A stretch of 64,000 nucleotides of DNA, from the IMG/VR virus record IMGVR_UViG_3300005747_000012, positions 32,001 through 96,000 of that record. One strand, given 5' to 3'. This DNA comes from a virus. Below, piece after piece: positions 40,349 through 48,893 of the stretch. A program made the translations under genes and the position numbers. The notes under the pieces were generated by a model that had not been told where the DNA came from, did no database searches, and worked only from the letters and a program-made list of their open reading frames with translations. Every line of letters starts with the position of its first letter. Position 1 is the stretch's first letter.

Positions 40349-40567
40349 TTATAACTTCTCACTCTTTGCAGTTTTTAAATCAGCTTTTAGCTTTGCTATT
40401 TTTTCCCCTGCTTTATAGGAGGTGTTTCGCCACATTTCTTTTTCAGCGTCAAGTTTTCTGATTTCTTTTTGAAGCTCTTTAACTTGCTTTTTTAAATCCT
40501 CAATTTGTTCTTCTAAAACAAATACTACAGGAGGTGTTGTAAATTTAGTATCGTCATCTTTAATCAT
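40349..40567 (-). CDS. Coiled-coil hypothetical protein
   Basis: 72 aa heptad pattern. Confidence 0.55.
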   Translation of the reverse strand: MIKDDDTKFTTPPVVFVLEEQIEDLKKQVKELQKEIRKLDAEKEMWRNTSYKAGEKIAKLKADLKTAKSEKL

Positions 40568-40569
40568 TT

Positions 40570-40971
40570 TTACATCTTTTCTATCGCTAACTTAGCCAGT
40601 TTTATACCTAACTGAACGCCTGAATCGAATACACAAGATATTTCTCTATCCCATGTTAAGTCTTCGGGCCAACTAGTGTTTGCGTCATCAGGCCATTCAA
40701 ACACTATTTTTCCATTTAACACAATATATACCATATTCTCATTGCCTCTTAAGGCATGCAACTTGTTATCGTTTGGAAATACAACTTCTTCAATTTTGAA
40801 ACACTTAGGCATACGTTTTACATTTATATGTCTTTTAAAATATTTAATTGCGCTGTCTTTGGCTTCAGGTGCTACTTCTGTTATATAAGAGTCATATTCA
40901 GATATTGTTCTTACCCACTCTTTTCCATTCATTACTTTATAATCTTTGTCGGTTGTTATTTTGAGTATCAC
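40570..40971 (-). CDS. Hypothetical protein
   Basis: GTG start within repeat copy 2; 'PEDLTWDREI' motif. Confidence 0.6.
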   Translation of the reverse strand: MILKITTDKDYKVMNGKEWVRTISEYDSYITEVAPEAKDSAIKYFKRHINVKRMPKCFKIEEVVFPNDNKLHALRGNENMVYIVLNGKIVFEWPDDANTSWPEDLTWDREISCVFDSGVQLGIKLAKLAIEKM

Positions 40972-40993
40972 ACCTATCTTATCCTTTTAACTA
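40965..40993. repeat. 29-bp direct repeat copy 2
   Basis: Matches 40315-40343 at 28/29 positions. Confidence 0.85.
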
Positions 40994-40995
40994 GT

Positions 40996-41079
40996 TTATG
41001 ATTGAAAAACCCTGTATAGTAAATATCCTATGATATAAAACAAAATAGTTAAAAATATAGTCATTTTAGAATATTTCAT
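40996..41079 (-). CDS. 27-aa single-TM micro-protein
   Basis: MKYSKMTIFLTILFYIIGYLLYRVFQS*; ATGA overlap with the upstream gene. Confidence 0.5.
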   Translation of the reverse strand: MKYSKMTIFLTILFYIIGYLLYRVFQS

Positions 41080-41480
41080 TTTAATTTTTCTAAAAATGCT
41101 CTGGTTATACACCCTAAAGAATCTGGGTCAAATTCATCATAGTGGTGTTTTGGGTCTTGTGTTTGCCATGATTCAAGTAGCTGCTTTGCATCATCTAGCC
41201 TACCATTAGATAGCTCTAACTTATTCTTTAAAGTTTTTTTAATTTCATTACTCGAATTTAACTCATCTTTAAAACATTGTATTTTAGTTTTAAGTTGTTC
41301 AATTTTAATAGCTTGTTGATCAATTAGATAATCTGCATTTTGCATAGACAAAGCTTTTAAACTATGCACATACTTCTCAACATCCTCCAGCCAATCCCTT
41401 TCCAATGAACCTTGGTGTAGAGTTCTTCTTAAGGCATACATGGTTGATTCGTATTTTTTCTTTAAGATGTTTTCACTCAT
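41076..41480 (-). CDS. Coiled-coil hypothetical protein
   Basis: 134 aa, AAGGA RBS. Confidence 0.6.
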   Translation of the reverse strand: MSENILKKKYESTMYALRRTLHQGSLERDWLEDVEKYVHSLKALSMQNADYLIDQQAIKIEQLKTKIQCFKDELNSSNEIKKTLKNKLELSNGRLDDAKQLLESWQTQDPKHHYDEFDPDSLGCITRAFLEKLK

Positions 41481-41492
41481 TTCATTCCTTTT

Positions 41493-41702
41493 TTATGATT
41501 CCCATTTATAATGGTCTATTATATATTGAACATCTTCAAAAAGAATTTTTCCCTTACCGTCATGGGGAGGTAGCATGCCTTCTCCTACTAGCAAATCTAA
41601 AAGTTCAGAAAAATATTCTTTTTGAGACATACCCCTGCCTACTGAGGGGAATGTTTCTTCGTGAAAATCTATTAGTTTGGAAATCACTTCATTTTTTTTC
41701 AT
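41493..41702 (-). CDS. Hypothetical protein
   Basis: 69 aa, 'GMLPP...WE' motif. Confidence 0.6.
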   Translation of the reverse strand: MKKNEVISKLIDFHEETFPSVGRGMSQKEYFSELLDLLVGEGMLPPHDGKGKILFEDVQYIIDHYKWES

Positions 41703-41760
41703 TTTTTTAAGCCTTCTTCTAATATAGAAAAAACTTTTCTCATTTTAAATTCAAAAGCCA

Positions 41761-42405
41761 TTAAAACTCCACAATTTTAAGTAAATCATTATCTTGACCT
41801 TGACTCAATAGATTGGCTTTACTGGCATCTTTTATTAGATTGCAAAGTCTAATATAAATCTCTTTTTGCATATGAACGTCATCTCTGGCTTGGTGAGCCT
41901 TACCTTTAGGTAATTCAAAATATTCAATCAAACTACTAATACTACCAACATTGCTAGGCAGCATTTCCATGTCCTTTAGCCATGTAACAATATTTGTAGT
42001 ATCTAATGGGTTGTGATTAATACCAGCTTTCTTGGCTTGGTCTTCGGTTAGGAAACCCTGAGCTTCCATGAATGGAATATCAAAGTATGTGATGTTTTGA
42101 CCAAGATAACGAAAATGAGTGCGTTTTTTAGGAATTTTATGTTTAGCCAGCATTTCTAATAACTTGGCTCTACCTTCTGTATAAGTGAGTGTGTTTGGGT
42201 CTAGAAGTTGAGATTCTGGATCAATACCAGTAACTTTAAAAGCTTGCTCTTCTCCGTGGATTTCACCATCATCATTTTTCATGTAAAGATGGAGTTCATC
42301 TAATAGATTCCACTCTTTATCCCAGATAGCAAAATAAGCTTCTGTAATTGTATGGTTGTATTTGTCAAAGCCACCTGTTTCTAAATCGAATCCTAAATAG
42401 TGCAT
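41761..42405 (-). CDS. DEDDh 3'-5' exonuclease (DnaQ/epsilon-like)
   Basis: 'GFDLETGG', 'GQNITYFDIPF', 'LDT', 'AHQARDDV'. Confidence 0.9.
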   Translation of the reverse strand: MHYLGFDLETGGFDKYNHTITEAYFAIWDKEWNLLDELHLYMKNDDGEIHGEEQAFKVTGIDPESQLLDPNTLTYTEGRAKLLEMLAKHKIPKKRTHFRYLGQNITYFDIPFMEAQGFLTEDQAKKAGINHNPLDTTNIVTWLKDMEMLPSNVGSISSLIEYFELPKGKAHQARDDVHMQKEIYIRLCNLIKDASKANLLSQGQDNDLLKIVEF

Positions 42406-42599
42406 TATTTTCTTTCCTTATAGTCATCATAGTAACTTAACTTAACTTCTGTCAGAATTTCGATACCTACAATTCTACCATCTTTATCAAAATCAATATA
42501 GATACCATTGCCCATATCCTGAGTTCTTAGTGGTTTGAATTCTTCTTTAAATTCTCTGACTTGCAAATAGCTTGCATAATTTCCGATTTTTAAATCCAT
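42405..42599 (-). CDS. DUF2283-like small protein
   Basis: 'IYIDFDKDGRIVGIEIL'. Confidence 0.75.
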   Translation of the reverse strand: MDLKIGNYASYLQVREFKEEFKPLRTQDMGNGIYIDFDKDGRIVGIEILTEVKLSYYDDYKERK

Positions 42600-42617
42600 A
42601 CTTATACCTTATAATAT

Positions 42618-42747
42618 CATAGGAAGAGGTGGCTCACTGTATGACCACCCCTATGCTCTTTTTTAATAGTCCTTATGGGTTACAGTTGCGACCTGTGCTC
42701 TACTTCGGCCCCTATACGACTACAAGCCCACAACAGGGAGGTAGCAT
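42618..42747 (-). ncRNA. Putative structured small RNA (~130 nt)
   Basis: GC-rich intergenic sequence starting 7 nt after a consensus -10; nested pairings ATGCT/AGCAT, TTGTGGG/CCCATAA, TTGTAGT/ACTGTAA; 3' hairpin AGGGGTGG/CCACCTCT. Confidence 0.6.
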
Positions 42748-42753
42748 GAACAC

Positions 42754-42782
42754 ATAGTATCATAGAAAAAAAAACCTTTCAA
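42754..42782 (-). promoter_or_regulatory. Sigma70-type promoter
   Basis: TTGAAA-17 nt-TACTAT with TG extension. Confidence 0.7.
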
Positions 42783-42792
42783 GAGAAAGGTC
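42766..42792 (-). terminator. Intrinsic terminator overlapping the -35 box
   Basis: GACCTTTC-TCTT-GAAAGGTT followed by a T run, downstream of 42822-43028. Confidence 0.7.
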
Positions 42793-42821
42793 ATTAAAAA
42801 ATAAAGAAATTTTAAGGTTAT

Positions 42822-43028
42822 TTAAACGCCTAGTTTGGCTTTGATTTTTTCGATTGCTGATTGGTATATTTCTTCAACTTCTTCTTCGCTAATATTTAAT
42901 GCTTTAGCAATTATTTCATCGCTTACACCATCGGGGTATTTTTCAAGAAGTTTGCTTATACTATTTTGAGCTTTAGGGTAATCAATGTAATCTTTTACAT
43001 TATAAATTTTATGCTTTTTTTCTGTCAC
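42822..43028 (-). CDS. Small HTH protein, sigma region-4-like
   Basis: 'GVSDEIIAKALNISEEEVEEIYQSAIEKIK'. Confidence 0.7.
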   Translation of the reverse strand: MTEKKHKIYNVKDYIDYPKAQNSISKLLEKYPDGVSDEIIAKALNISEEEVEEIYQSAIEKIKAKLGV

Positions 43029-43422
43029 TAGAAAACTCCAATATATTGTTTTTAAACTGCATCCGGTAAATTTCGTAAAAACGCTCTATTTCTTTTTTGT
43101 GAAAATCTTCCTTATAACTTAAAATATTTTTTAAAGGCTGTATTTTTTTGTTGTAATATTTAATTCTCATTTCAACTAATTCTTTTTGGTGTTTAATTTT
43201 TTTATATTCCAAAAGAGAAACTGTAACCCTGTCTTTTTTTAAGAAAGCAATGTTTTCATCTATTTCTTTTTTTATTTTTAAATTATTAAAAAGTTGAATT
43301 TCAAATTTTTCAAGGTCTTTGGAAATAATATTTAACTCCATTTCCATCCCTAAAATTTTCCCTCTTAACTCTCTAACTTCTTCAGTCTCTTTCATCTCTA
43401 TTTTTCCTTGCTTTAAAACCAC
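43009..43422 (-). CDS. Coiled-coil hypothetical protein
   Basis: 137-aa ORF, heptads; start probably MKETEE. Confidence 0.55.
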   Translation of the reverse strand: MVLKQGKIEMKETEEVRELRGKILGMEMELNIISKDLEKFEIQLFNNLKIKKEIDENIAFLKKDRVTVSLLEYKKIKHQKELVEMRIKYYNKKIQPLKNILSYKEDFHKKEIERFYEIYRMQFKNNILEFSSDRKKA

Positions 43423-43774
43423 AAGTACATTCTAGAATTTTCACTTTAGGAAAAATTAAAACGCTAAATCCTTCCTTGTTATTTTTACCACATTTAGGGC
43501 ATATTTCTTCTTTATTTTTTTTCACATCTTGAATTATATCTTCTAAACTTTCATCTTTTGTTTTTCTGCTGATATATTCGCAACTTTCGTTGAACGATCT
43601 TCTTAAAGTTTTGTTACTTTCTTCAAGCTGTTTAATTTTTTTATTTAACTGTTTTATTATACTTTTTAATTTTTTATTTGCATCTTTAATATTACCCTGT
43701 TTTTCTTCTGGATATACTTGACTAGTATAGTTTCGATTTTTTTTACCCACATCTACTCCCTCTATCAGCATCAA
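43382..43774 (-). CDS. Coiled-coil plus zinc-ribbon protein
   Basis: 'CPKCG...CTCGF'. Confidence 0.6.
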   Translation of the reverse strand: MMLIEGVDVGKKNRNYTSQVYPEEKQGNIKDANKKLKSIIKQLNKKIKQLEESNKTLRRSFNESCEYISRKTKDESLEDIIQDVKKNKEEICPKCGKNNKEGFSVLIFPKVKILECTCGFKARKNRDERD

Positions 43775-43828
43775 TATAAAGATTAAGTCTTTTTCAGCAA
43801 AAAAGTGTAAGTATTTAAAATCTTTTAT

Positions 43829-45037
43829 TTATTCAAGCAAAATATTAAAGCTTTTATACATTTTATATCGCCTATTTGAATTTACAAAACTATTTAAGGT
43901 TTGCGAAGCCTCAGCGTTAAACCCCAAAACTGAGGCAAAACTATCTGTTCCTGTTAAAGAACCGTTAATTTGTATTCTTCCATTTCTAAAACTTGTGGGT
44001 TCATGAAAGTGACCTCCACGCATATAGTCTAAAGGCATACTAAGTTGATTACTTCTTTTAACCATAAGGGCCTCTAAACCCTTTCTATCAGCATTTTTAC
44101 AGTTGTCGTAATGTTCATACAAAACAGTATTTCCATATATTTTAATTACAGCCCAAGGCTCTTTAGGAATTACAAATTCAATATTTTTTAGACCACCAAT
44201 CTCGCAAAAATCTTTAATTGTATTATATATAATATGTGTAAAATTTTCTTCACCGGGATTGTGATAAGTTCTATTTACACCATCTCTATCATGATTGCCA
44301 GTTACAGCAACAACTCTAATAGGAATACCAAGTTGATTAAGTGGTACAATAACAATTTTAAAAATATTAACTAAAGCTTCATAAATTTGTTTGGCATTAC
44401 CAAACTCACAACCTTTTGCAGATTCCAATACGTGCATTGAATAATTTTCAATAATATCACCCATAAGGGCTATTACAATTTCGTCTATATTGTACTCTTT
44501 GCTATCACGCTCAATTTCACCAATAGTTTTTGCTACAATCTCTTGCAATCTTTGCTTACATATCTCAAGATTAAAAGGTTTTTTAAAAGAATCGACATCA
44601 CCAGCTTCAATAAGTTTTCCAAAATGAATGTCGGATAAAAGAAGCTCTTTAGTCATTCCTTTTTTCTTTTTGCTTTTAATACGTTTTAGCGTTGGAACTT
44701 TTAATTTACCAACTTCTTTAGCTGCTGCCCTTACCGCATCAAGTATGTCATCTCTATCATTCCAAAGTTGTAAAATTGTTTTGTTTTCTTTAGCTGTAAT
44801 AGAGTTGCTTTTTTTTACTCTGGCAACATCTTTAAGTTGTTTTAAACTATGCTCTTCGCCACCTTTAACATTTTGATTTTTATATCTTTCGTAAATTGTT
44901 TTGACATCAACTTCGTTTAAATCATCATCAAATTTTTTATTGTATTTCATTGCAATTTCGTCAAAACTTCTTCTTGAAACTACTTTTTGATGTACAATAA
45001 AGCCAATTTGTTCTTCGTTATAACTTTTTTTAGCCAT
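43829..45037 (-). CDS. Calcineurin-like metallophosphoesterase with N-terminal HTH-like region
   Basis: 'LSDIHFG', 'MGDIIE', 'GNHDR', 'GHFH'. Confidence 0.85.
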   Translation of the reverse strand: MAKKSYNEEQIGFIVHQKVVSRRSFDEIAMKYNKKFDDDLNEVDVKTIYERYKNQNVKGGEEHSLKQLKDVARVKKSNSITAKENKTILQLWNDRDDILDAVRAAAKEVGKLKVPTLKRIKSKKKKGMTKELLLSDIHFGKLIEAGDVDSFKKPFNLEICKQRLQEIVAKTIGEIERDSKEYNIDEIVIALMGDIIENYSMHVLESAKGCEFGNAKQIYEALVNIFKIVIVPLNQLGIPIRVVAVTGNHDRDGVNRTYHNPGEENFTHIIYNTIKDFCEIGGLKNIEFVIPKEPWAVIKIYGNTVLYEHYDNCKNADRKGLEALMVKRSNQLSMPLDYMRGGHFHEPTSFRNGRIQINGSLTGTDSFASVLGFNAEASQTLNSFVNSNRRYKMYKSFNILLE

Positions 45038-45039
45038 AA

Positions 45040-45540
45040 TTACTCCGCAGTTTTTGTGGTAAAATCATAAATTTCTAAAATTTTAAATTTTACAGAGCCT
45101 TCTTTGTCTTTGTAATCTAAAGTGACTGTTCCATTTACTTTTTTGCCAACAAATTTTTTCCTAAATTCTTCGGTATAATTTAGCATTACAAATCTTTGTT
45201 TTACTTTATCTTCTAAATTATCGCAAATTAAAAAAGAATTTTCACTAACCTTTTCTGCTTTTGCCAAAATTCCTTCCTTTAAATATCCTTTAATTTTTTG
45301 CTCCAACTCTTTTTCTTTTAATTCATTATTTTTTTTGTCTATATTTTTTTGGTTGATAGCTTTTTTTTCTTTTAACAATTCTACCACACATTCCTGTTTA
45401 TCACCAACCATTTTTAATGCTGTTTTTAAGCTTTTGTTTTCTTGTAAAACATCATTTAATTTTTGATTAATAATAAAAAATTGTGATTCTATTAGTTTTA
45501 ATCTTTCGGCTGTAGTGGGTTTTTTTGATTTTTTAGTCAT
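45040..45540 (-). CDS. Coiled coil + GreA-CTD-like protein (paralogue 2)
   Basis: 'KKFVGKKVNGTV...FKILEIY'; aligns end to end with the upstream gene. Confidence 0.55.
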   Translation of the reverse strand: MTKKSKKPTTAERLKLIESQFFIINQKLNDVLQENKSLKTALKMVGDKQECVVELLKEKKAINQKNIDKKNNELKEKELEQKIKGYLKEGILAKAEKVSENSFLICDNLEDKVKQRFVMLNYTEEFRKKFVGKKVNGTVTLDYKDKEGSVKFKILEIYDFTTKTAE

Positions 45541-45542
45541 AA

Positions 45543-46199
45543 TTACCTCGCAGTTACTTCTTGTTCTGTTTCTTTATTTTGTATTGCGGCAACTTCTTTT
45601 TCACTAGAAGTTTCAGGCATATCCAAATCTTGCACTGCTGACGTTGCTTCTTGAACCTCTTCAGGTGTTGGGTCGCCTGCAAGTTTTTGCTCTGCAAAAT
45701 TATAAATTTCTATAATTTCAATATTGAGAGTTTCTCCATCGTTTTCAATTAAATCACCAACTTTTTTTCCGACAAACTTGGATTTAAGCTCTTCAACAAG
45801 TCTAGAGGTTAAAAATTGAAGCCTTGGATTTTCGACCTCACCTTTTTGGTTAAGTTCACGGGAAACAACTAGTGAATTATCGCCAACTTCTTCAACTGCA
45901 ACAGCTTGTCCATTTTCTACAAGCTCGTCTACTTTTTGTTTTAGAGCCGCCACTTTAAGATCAGTCACTTTATTGTTAATATTATCATCACTTAACCCCT
46001 GCCCTTCTCTAAGCAATGCAATTACAGACTCTTGTTTGTCGTGCAATAGCTGTAGTGCATCTTTAAGAATTTCATTTTCTCTTGAAAGGTTGTAGATAAT
46101 AAGCTCCATTTCTCCAGTTCTTCTGGCGGTGGCCATTAGTTGGTTTTCTAGAGCTTTTAGTTTTTCACTTGCTTTAGGTTTTTTAGTTTCTTGAGTCAT
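45543..46199 (-). CDS. Coiled coil + GreA-CTD-like protein (paralogue 1)
   Basis: 'SKFVGKKVGDLIE...IEIIEIY', acidic tail. Confidence 0.55.
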   Translation of the reverse strand: MTQETKKPKASEKLKALENQLMATARRTGEMELIIYNLSRENEILKDALQLLHDKQESVIALLREGQGLSDDNINNKVTDLKVAALKQKVDELVENGQAVAVEEVGDNSLVVSRELNQKGEVENPRLQFLTSRLVEELKSKFVGKKVGDLIENDGETLNIEIIEIYNFAEQKLAGDPTPEEVQEATSAVQDLDMPETSSEKEVAAIQNKETEQEVTAR

Positions 46200-46210
46200 A
46201 GTATTCTCCT

Positions 46211-47107
46211 TTAAATTTTACCAGCTTTTTTAAGCAAGGCCATCCAATGACTAGCCTCTTGATTTACAGATGTTTTTGTTTGATAATGTGAATTGATAAT
46301 ATCCTGAGCCTGCTGTTCTGAGCCTGCACCGGCAATAGCTGATTTTGTTTTGGGCTTTTTATGTCTTTCAGCCACAATTTCAGCTTTTTTTTCTAAAGGC
46401 ATGTTTTTTAGTGTTTCAAGATATTTAATATCTTTCATTGCAATTTCATCAACACTCATATCTTTAGTGCTTGTATCAACAATTTCTTTTTTTAATCTTT
46501 TTTTTGGCTGTTGTTTAACAACTTTTTTATTAATTTTTGGTTTTAAACTATGGCGAACCGGTTGTTTTACTATTTTTTTACCAAGTGTATTCAACCCTTT
46601 TGTTTTTTCCTGTTTTTGCACAGGAGACAAAGGGCTAGGCTCTTTTTTAGGCTCTGGAACTTTTGCGCTTTGACCTTGGGTAACTTTAGAAGCTACCATT
46701 TTAAGAGCTTGAACTTCCATTTCGTTAAAATCAGACTCTACTCTTTGTACTACATCTTGTTTTTCTGCCCTCATACCAAGAAGAATTTCAAGTCTTTCCA
46801 TGATAAAACTTTTAATTTCTTGCTGAACATTTGAAACAGCTTTAGGGTCTGCGTCAACACCATCAAACAAATCATGTTTAATAAGCATTTCATACAGACG
46901 ACCTTGTTCAAGTCGAATACGAGCGTTATCTATTATGTTTTTTTCTTCCTCAAAATCATCAAAAGCATCCAGAGAAAAACTATCTTCATCTATTTCTTCA
47001 TATTCCATTTCAACATAATCGTCGTCTTCTTCATACAAAGATTTCTCTTGCTCTAAAATTTCTTGTTCTGTTGGATATTCTCTATCCCATAATTTGTCAT
47101 TGTTCAT
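46211..47107 (-). CDS. Hypothetical protein (acidic N-terminus, basic low-complexity middle)
   Basis: 298 aa, GAGGT RBS, promoter motif at 47128. Confidence 0.65.
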   Translation of the reverse strand: MNNDKLWDREYPTEQEILEQEKSLYEEDDDYVEMEYEEIDEDSFSLDAFDDFEEEKNIIDNARIRLEQGRLYEMLIKHDLFDGVDADPKAVSNVQQEIKSFIMERLEILLGMRAEKQDVVQRVESDFNEMEVQALKMVASKVTQGQSAKVPEPKKEPSPLSPVQKQEKTKGLNTLGKKIVKQPVRHSLKPKINKKVVKQQPKKRLKKEIVDTSTKDMSVDEIAMKDIKYLETLKNMPLEKKAEIVAERHKKPKTKSAIAGAGSEQQAQDIINSHYQTKTSVNQEASHWMALLKKAGKI

Positions 47108-47141
47108 AATATACCTCGTCTTACAAATATAATATCACAAG

Positions 47142-48893
47142 TTATCCCTCGCAAGACAAACATTCATCATTTCTACTAGCTACATCTGCCTGAATACCGG
47201 CTTTAGAACGACAGTAATAAAGTGTTTTAACACCAAGTTTCCAAGCTTCTATGTGTACTTTATTAAAGTAGCTAGGTTTTACATCAACTGGAAAAAACAA
47301 GTTAAGACTTTGAGATTGGCATATAAATTTTTGCCGTTGAGCTGCCTGCTGAACTATTGCCATTTGATTAATTTCATAAGCTGTTAAAAATACTTTTTTT
47401 TCCTCGTCTGTTAGAAAATCTAAATGTTGAACAGAGCCGTGTTGCCTAGCAATATCTTTCCATACCTTGTCGGTATTTCTGCCATACTTTTCTAATATTA
47501 CCATAAAAAATGGGTTTTTTCTAGTAAAAGTTCCTTTTGCCGTTTTATCAACGTAAGCATTTGCAATCATTGGCTCAATACCCGGTGATACGTCACCTGA
47601 TATAATTGAGTTAGATCGTGTTGGCGCAACAGCAATCAAATGGCTATTGTACATTCCGGTATTAAAACACCACAATGGCTCACCAAATATTTTTGACAAA
47701 TATCTTGAAGCACCTACAGCTTGTTCATGTATAAATTTAAATATTTCACTATTTAACATCATTGTTTGAAACCCTTCAAACGCCATATTTTTTGACTGAA
47801 GAAGGGTGTGCCACCCAAGTACACCAATACCAATAGCACGACCTCTTCTGGCATGTTTTACAACTTTTTCAAGCCCTTGAATTTTCGACCCTTTATCAAT
47901 AAACTCATCAAGAACACCATTCAAAAATACAGTCATAATTTGTGGAAGCGTTAGTCCTTTAATAGAATTATTTTTCCACTCATCATATCTGGCTAAATTA
48001 GCTGATGCTAGACAGCAAATAAAACTATGGTCATCATCAGTAAACAACGTAATTTCTGAGCATATATTTGTCATGTCAACTTCAAGCCCACGTTTTTTAT
48101 AAGCTTCTGGGTTTGTTTTGTTTACATTATCTTTGTACATAATATAAGGTTCGCCAGTTTCCATACGAGCTTTCATAAGCTCTGCCCATTTTGCCCTAGC
48201 GTCATAATCACCATCCAACACTTTTTCCATAAAAATGTCGTTAATTACTGTGCAGTGATGTAAATTTCCACACTGGCGATTAATATCACCTTCTGGCCTC
48301 CTCATTCTAGCAAATTCATGCCAATCTCCATGGTCAATATTTAAATTTATAGAAGCTGCCCCACGCCTAGTGGACCCCTGTGAAATACCTATGACAGTAG
48401 AATCATAAATTTTCATAAAAGGAACAATACCTTCTGAAGTACCATTTTCTCCGTTTTTAATTAACGAGCCTCTAGGTCGAACCCTTTGAAGATTCATACC
48501 AACACCGCCACCGCCTTTAGTAAGCAATGCAAGTTCACTAGCGCATTCCATAATTCTTTGTATAGAATCTCCAGTGTCATTTCCATAGCATGAGATAGGA
48601 AGCCCTCTGTCCAAGCCTAGATTGGCCAATACAGGGCTTGCAGGGCACATCCAGTTACGCCACATGGCTTCAAAAAATACTTTAGCCATTTCTTCTTTAT
48701 CCAAATTAAAAATTTTTTTTATATTTCTAAACAAATAATTAGCCGCACTATTAGCTACACGCCAATACATATCTTTAGGAGTTTCTCCTTTAAGCCTGTA
48801 ACCCTTTGAAATTGTTGTGTAACCGGCAATAGTCATCCACTCTGGAGCAAACCTATTTTCTTTTAGTTCTTTTAATTCCTTTTCTAAACTCAT
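47142..48893 (-). CDS. nrdA: Ribonucleotide reductase class Ia alpha subunit (no ATP cone)
   Basis: 'ISCY', 'GGGVG', 'TNICSEI', 'APTRSNS', 'KTLYY', C-terminal 'CLSCEG'. Confidence 0.95.
   Translation of the reverse strand: MSLEKELKELKENRFAPEWMTIAGYTTISKGYRLKGETPKDMYWRVANSAANYLFRNIKKIFNLDKEEMAKVFFEAMWRNWMCPASPVLANLGLDRGLPISCYGNDTGDSIQRIMECASELALLTKGGGGVGMNLQRVRPRGSLIKNGENGTSEGIVPFMKIYDSTVIGISQGSTRRGAASINLNIDHGDWHEFARMRRPEGDINRQCGNLHHCTVINDIFMEKVLDGDYDARAKWAELMKARMETGEPYIMYKDNVNKTNPEAYKKRGLEVDMTNICSEITLFTDDDHSFICCLASANLARYDEWKNNSIKGLTLPQIMTVFLNGVLDEFIDKGSKIQGLEKVVKHARRGRAIGIGVLGWHTLLQSKNMAFEGFQTMMLNSEIFKFIHEQAVGASRYLSKIFGEPLWCFNTGMYNSHLIAVAPTRSNSIISGDVSPGIEPMIANAYVDKTAKGTFTRKNPFFMVILEKYGRNTDKVWKDIARQHGSVQHLDFLTDEEKKVFLTAYEINQMAIVQQAAQRQKFICQSQSLNLFFPVDVKPSYFNKVHIEAWKLGVKTLYYCRSKAGIQADVASRNDECLSCEG

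Noticed and set aside
41564-42748. 13-bp match GGGAGGTAGCATG between the sRNA and the 69-aa gene
   Set aside because: Same orientation, so not antisense; a 13-mer match in 64 kb can arise by chance.
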